The notes beneath the pieces were generated by a model. The model did not search any database and had not been told where the DNA came from. It saw only the letters and a list, made by a program, of their open reading frames with translations. The position numbers were made by a program, and so were the translations under genes. This document shows positions 60,724-64,000 of a stretch of DNA of 64,000 bases, piece after piece (position 1 is the stretch's first letter; every line of letters begins with the position of its first letter). The DNA is from Alkalispirochaeta sp. (lineage in GTDB: Bacteria > Spirochaetota > Spirochaetia > DSM-27196 > Alkalispirochaetaceae). Where the stretch lies: assembly GCA_965242725.1 (NCBI GenBank), contig CBDESZ010000022.1, forward strand, positions 64,001 to 128,000. Reading direction: 5' to 3'.

Positions 60724-62508
60724 ATGAATATGGCCCGTCAAAACGAGACAATGAGATTATTATTGACCCTTCCATCCCTGAACGGGACGACAAGCTCCTT
60801 TATGATCACCTTCCTTGGGGAACTACGGCGCATGGCGGCCGACACGGCGGTCACGCTTCACACACCGTCGATTATCTGGAACTCCGACGACGCGATGGAC
60901 CGGCAGCTCCGCACGCTGGTGGGGGAACAGCTCACGGCGGGGACGATTGAAGTGTGGTCCGCCGGATATACCGGCGCCGCGGCGGATCTTCTCCATCCGG
61001 GAGAAGCGGAGCTGGAACGACGGTGGGGAGAGTCAAACCGATGGCATGAAGGACTCACCGATCGCTTTGGCATCGAGGGACTGCGGTATGCACCGTTTCG
61101 CGTCACCGCAGCACAGGCGACACTGCTCGCGGAGGGGGATTTCCCCGTATGTGTCGGCGCCCCTGCTCTCCCGAAACGTACGGAATGGCGGGAAGAGACA
61201 TACACATTGTGGGATGGCGCGGGGACCGGTCGGTCACGACAATTGCTGCCGGTCATGGCGGCGCGGATTGATGCGGACGGATCTCTTCCCGCACCGGCTG
61301 CATCGGCGTCGGCGGACTCGGTTCATATCGTCCTGCCGCGGAACGGAATGAATACCGCAGAGGGGGCGGACGCGGCCCGGACGGTTGCATCTCTGCTCCT
61401 CCGTTACCGGAAACGGGAGAACGGTGCGGCGACCGCCTCTGACGGTGTCCATCCCGCGTCGCCGCTTTGTATCGGAGCGAACCCCTATTCTCCAGCCCGC
61501 GAGCCCCACGTACTTGCCCGCTTGTTCAGGATGGACCGGACGGTCTCCCTTGACGAAACAGGCGGGCTTTCTCCCCCAAAACGTGAATCGGTCAGGTCGG
61601 TACTCCTTGCGGCGGGAGACCGCCGCCCCGCCGCTGGAGATGCTGCCCATGACGACGGGGTACCGCCCGCGGCGGTAATGCCCGAGGGTGCGGAATGGGA
61701 ATTACAGGGTTCCGTCTTCGGCACCCTTTCCATCGATGAGCCTCCGCTGCAGACCTCCTTTATCGCCGGCAGGGCCGCAGGGGTGCGCAGGAACATGCAG
61801 CCCGGCGAGGGCGAACAGAAGGGATCACGGAGCCGGCGGGATGTACGACGCTCCCAGGGCTATATACGGCGGCGGACAAAGGGAGGCGCGTCGGCGGACT
61901 ATCTGGACACACGGTTTGCGGCGTGGTTTACCGGCGACGGCATCAGGGGAATTAAAGAATCCGCCGTATTGCGGGACGTGCTTGAGGTGCATACAACGGG
62001 TATCGTCAAAGATGACGTCCCGGCACTCGTGCTCAACCAGCTATTTGTCGTTCAAAATCCGACCGTGGACGGGGAGACGGTAAGTCCCTATGAGTTTCCC
62101 CTGTGTATTCTTATCGGAGAGGATACGGTTTCCGTCACATGTGACGACCATACCGCCGGGATTTCCGCCGCCCGTATCGGGGAGGTAATGCTTTCCGGAC
62201 ACCGCCTGAGTGTGGACGCCGGCGCGTACCGAATACATCTGCAGCCGGGAGGCGCCGATGATCGGCGGGGCAGGAACTTCATCGTTCCCTTTCATCTCGT
62301 ACTCTTCGCTTCTGGCGACGAGGTGGTTGTGGCGCTACGCACGACCCCGGCCGTCGATTGCGGCGAGCGGGAGAATGGAGACGATCCGTTCGGCGCGGTG
62401 ACCGACTGGACCACATCTTATGTTTTTTCCATTGATGAGCCGCCGTCGTCCGTACCGGAAGAGTCCATTCCCTTTACGGCGCGGGAAGGCGGCGAACCGT
62501 CCCGGTGA
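60724..62508 (+). CDS. Hypothetical protein with a degenerate GH57-like N-terminal region
   Basis: 594-aa ORF. GTIEVWSAGYTG...LL..E..LERRWG resembles the GH57 conserved region 2. Confidence 0.55.
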   Translation: MNMARQNETMRLLLTLPSLNGTTSSFMITFLGELRRMAADTAVTLHTPSIIWNSDDAMDRQLRTLVGEQLTAGTIEVWSAGYTGAAADLLHPGEAELERRWGESNRWHEGLTDRFGIEGLRYAPFRVTAAQATLLAEGDFPVCVGAPALPKRTEWREETYTLWDGAGTGRSRQLLPVMAARIDADGSLPAPAASASADSVHIVLPRNGMNTAEGADAARTVASLLLRYRKRENGAATASDGVHPASPLCIGANPYSPAREPHVLARLFRMDRTVSLDETGGLSPPKRESVRSVLLAAGDRRPAAGDAAHDDGVPPAAVMPEGAEWELQGSVFGTLSIDEPPLQTSFIAGRAAGVRRNMQPGEGEQKGSRSRRDVRRSQGYIRRRTKGGASADYLDTRFAAWFTGDGIRGIKESAVLRDVLEVHTTGIVKDDVPALVLNQLFVVQNPTVDGETVSPYEFPLCILIGEDTVSVTCDDHTAGISAARIGEVMLSGHRLSVDAGAYRIHLQPGGADDRRGRNFIVPFHLVLFASGDEVVVALRTTPAVDCGERENGDDPFGAVTDWTTSYVFSIDEPPSSVPEESIPFTAREGGEPSR

Positions 62509-63241
62509 ATACGGTGACCCTGCCGGTTGGTGTTTCGAGAATGAGAGCCCCCGTATCGGCAATGTCCAGCAACGTTCCGCGAATGTCGGTCGTCCCGCCC
62601 TCCATAGACGCAGTGACGCCTACGTGACTGTTTTTCCACGCCAGCCGACGACGGACCGCTTCCAGCCATTCACCTCCCGTGAAATATCGTGAAAAGGCCG
62701 CCCCCAGGGTGTGGACGATCATTTCTTCCCGGGGAATCTCGCCGTACTCCCGAAGGGATCTCGGCACCACCGCCGTCAACTCGTCCCGCCACCGGTGCAC
62801 CCGGGCCGTTTCGTCGGGCCGGTACGTATTGAGGCCGATTCCGATGTAGAACCAGCGTGGATCCGCCTCGATGAGAATACCCGCCACCTTCCCGTCGTCG
62901 ATGTACACGTCGTTGGGCCATTTTATCGCCACCGTTCCCCGTGTGTCTGATGGTGTGATTATCGATTCCACAGTTTCGGCAACTGCCGCGCCCGTCCGCA
63001 GCGCCAGAATTCCCGGATTGTCGTCACCGGGATCGAGGGATCCTCTCCGCCGCACGGCGAGAGTGACCATTATGGCGCCGCCGGGTATGTCAAACCAGCT
63101 CCGGCCCCGTCTGCCCCGTCCCGCACGCTGATGGTGCGTCCGAACGAGAAATGCGTCGCCAAAGGCCCGGGACGCAATGGTCCGGGCCTCTTCCATCGTG
63201 GTGTCCACCTCTTCAAAGAAGTATTCAGGAATGTCATTCAT
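62474..63241 (-). CDS. birA: Biotin--[acetyl-CoA-carboxylase] ligase (no HTH)
   Basis: Q.AGRGRRGRSW, IKWPNDV, KVAGILIE, GIGLN. Confidence 0.92.
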   Translation of the reverse strand: MNDIPEYFFEEVDTTMEEARTIASRAFGDAFLVRTHHQRAGRGRRGRSWFDIPGGAIMVTLAVRRRGSLDPGDDNPGILALRTGAAVAETVESIITPSDTRGTVAIKWPNDVYIDDGKVAGILIEADPRWFYIGIGLNTYRPDETARVHRWRDELTAVVPRSLREYGEIPREEMIVHTLGAAFSRYFTGGEWLEAVRRRLAWKNSHVGVTASMEGGTTDIRGTLLDIADTGALILETPTGRVTVFTGTVRRLPAP

Positions 63242-64000
63242 CGGATTTCTTGGGAGGCCCTTTGTCCTTTGCCGTCTCTATTTTCCGGGCAACGATGTGT
63301 CCCGATGAGGGATCTACCGAAAACTCGGTCCCGTGCAGGGGATCAACGACTGCATATTCGGCACGTCCTATTTGAATGACCACGCCGGGATAGACCGTTT
63401 CGGTCACCGTTATCCTGACGTGGTCCGGAACGTACATCGTCGCCGCGAGCTCACTCATCCCGTGGGTGAGTTTTTTCTGTTCCTTTTCGAGGGTGCGCAC
63501 GATTTCCAGCTGCCGGGACGTGGGGTGGTCGCCCATTCTCGCCGTGAGCCGGTCGAGACGGGTGGTTATCTTATGGTGTTTCTCCCGCTTCAGCCTCATT
63601 TTACGTTCAACGATGAAGTTGACGCCGCCGCGGATATGCGTCGGAATTCCCGCGTTATTTCCAAGGGTTCCACACTCGATGCTGCCTGCAGCGGTCACAA
63701 CGCCGCCGATGATGCGTCCGCCCTTTTCCATGGAAAAAGATCCAAGACAGCCGATACGTCCATGGTAGGCATACTGTTTCACAACCACCGAGTCCTTGCT
63801 TTCTACATAGCAATTTCCCACAAAGCGGACGTGTACCGAGCCGCCCGAGCGGAGCAGCGCCTTGCCGCGTCCGATGATTCCGCCGGCGCAGGAAAAGTCT
63901 CCGCGGCAGTAGATTTCCGAGACATCCACGGTACGGTCGGCGTGGATCGTCCCGCCCGCCCAGATGTGAAAACCTTCCTTGATCTCCCCCTTGACGGAGA
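63234..64000 (-). CDS. FapA/DUF342 family protein (partial, runs off the right edge)
   Basis: Beta-helix repeats (GGIIG.GK, GRIIGG), coiled coil, VYPGVVIQIG. The frame stays open to 64000. Confidence 0.8.
   Translation of the reverse strand, partial: SVKGEIKEGFHIWAGGTIHADRTVDVSEIYCRGDFSCAGGIIGRGKALLRSGGSVHVRFVGNCYVESKDSVVVKQYAYHGRIGCLGSFSMEKGGRIIGGVVTAAGSIECGTLGNNAGIPTHIRGGVNFIVERKMRLKREKHHKITTRLDRLTARMGDHPTSRQLEIVRTLEKEQKKLTHGMSELAATMYVPDHVRITVTETVYPGVVIQIGRAEYAVVDPLHGTEFSVDPSSGHIVARKIETAKDKGPPKKSDE

Overview
A GC-rich bacterial chromosomal segment with about 55 genes, mostly housekeeping. It is most likely from a free-living spirochaete (Spirochaetaceae-like). This is inferred from a DUF5312-like gene, FapA, a TGS-less ThrRS, stand-alone groEL and tandem lipoproteins. 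I found no rRNA, tRNA, CRISPR array or transposase. Recognisable genes: cobB, mnmG, mnmE, thpR, sfsA (fused to a GIY-YIG domain), pepT, glnE, glnA, pgsA, thrS, glgX, secDF-yajC, groEL, birA. Accessory loci: a YnjBCD/YnjF/YdjX-like cluster; an RpiR-controlled GlnA3-like gamma-glutamylation cluster; and a CASTOR/POLLUX-like channel divergent from an HTH-EIIA / EIIA-PII-like / cation:H+ antiporter operon. Most notable: (1) a GlnE next to glnA with two GlnD-type ACT domains at its N-terminus and its two nucleotidyltransferase domains apparently in reversed order (AT before AR); (2) the EIIA-PII-like antiporter module; (3) palindrome-rich in-frame insertions in MnmE, MnmG and CobB; (4) many apparently leaderless genes; (5) structured glnA and thrS leaders. 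Eleven frameshifts, nearly all single extra bases in short runs, cluster at 0.9-5.5 kb and 24-30.7 kb and are probably sequencing errors. All family assignments come from motifs read by eye; no database search was run.
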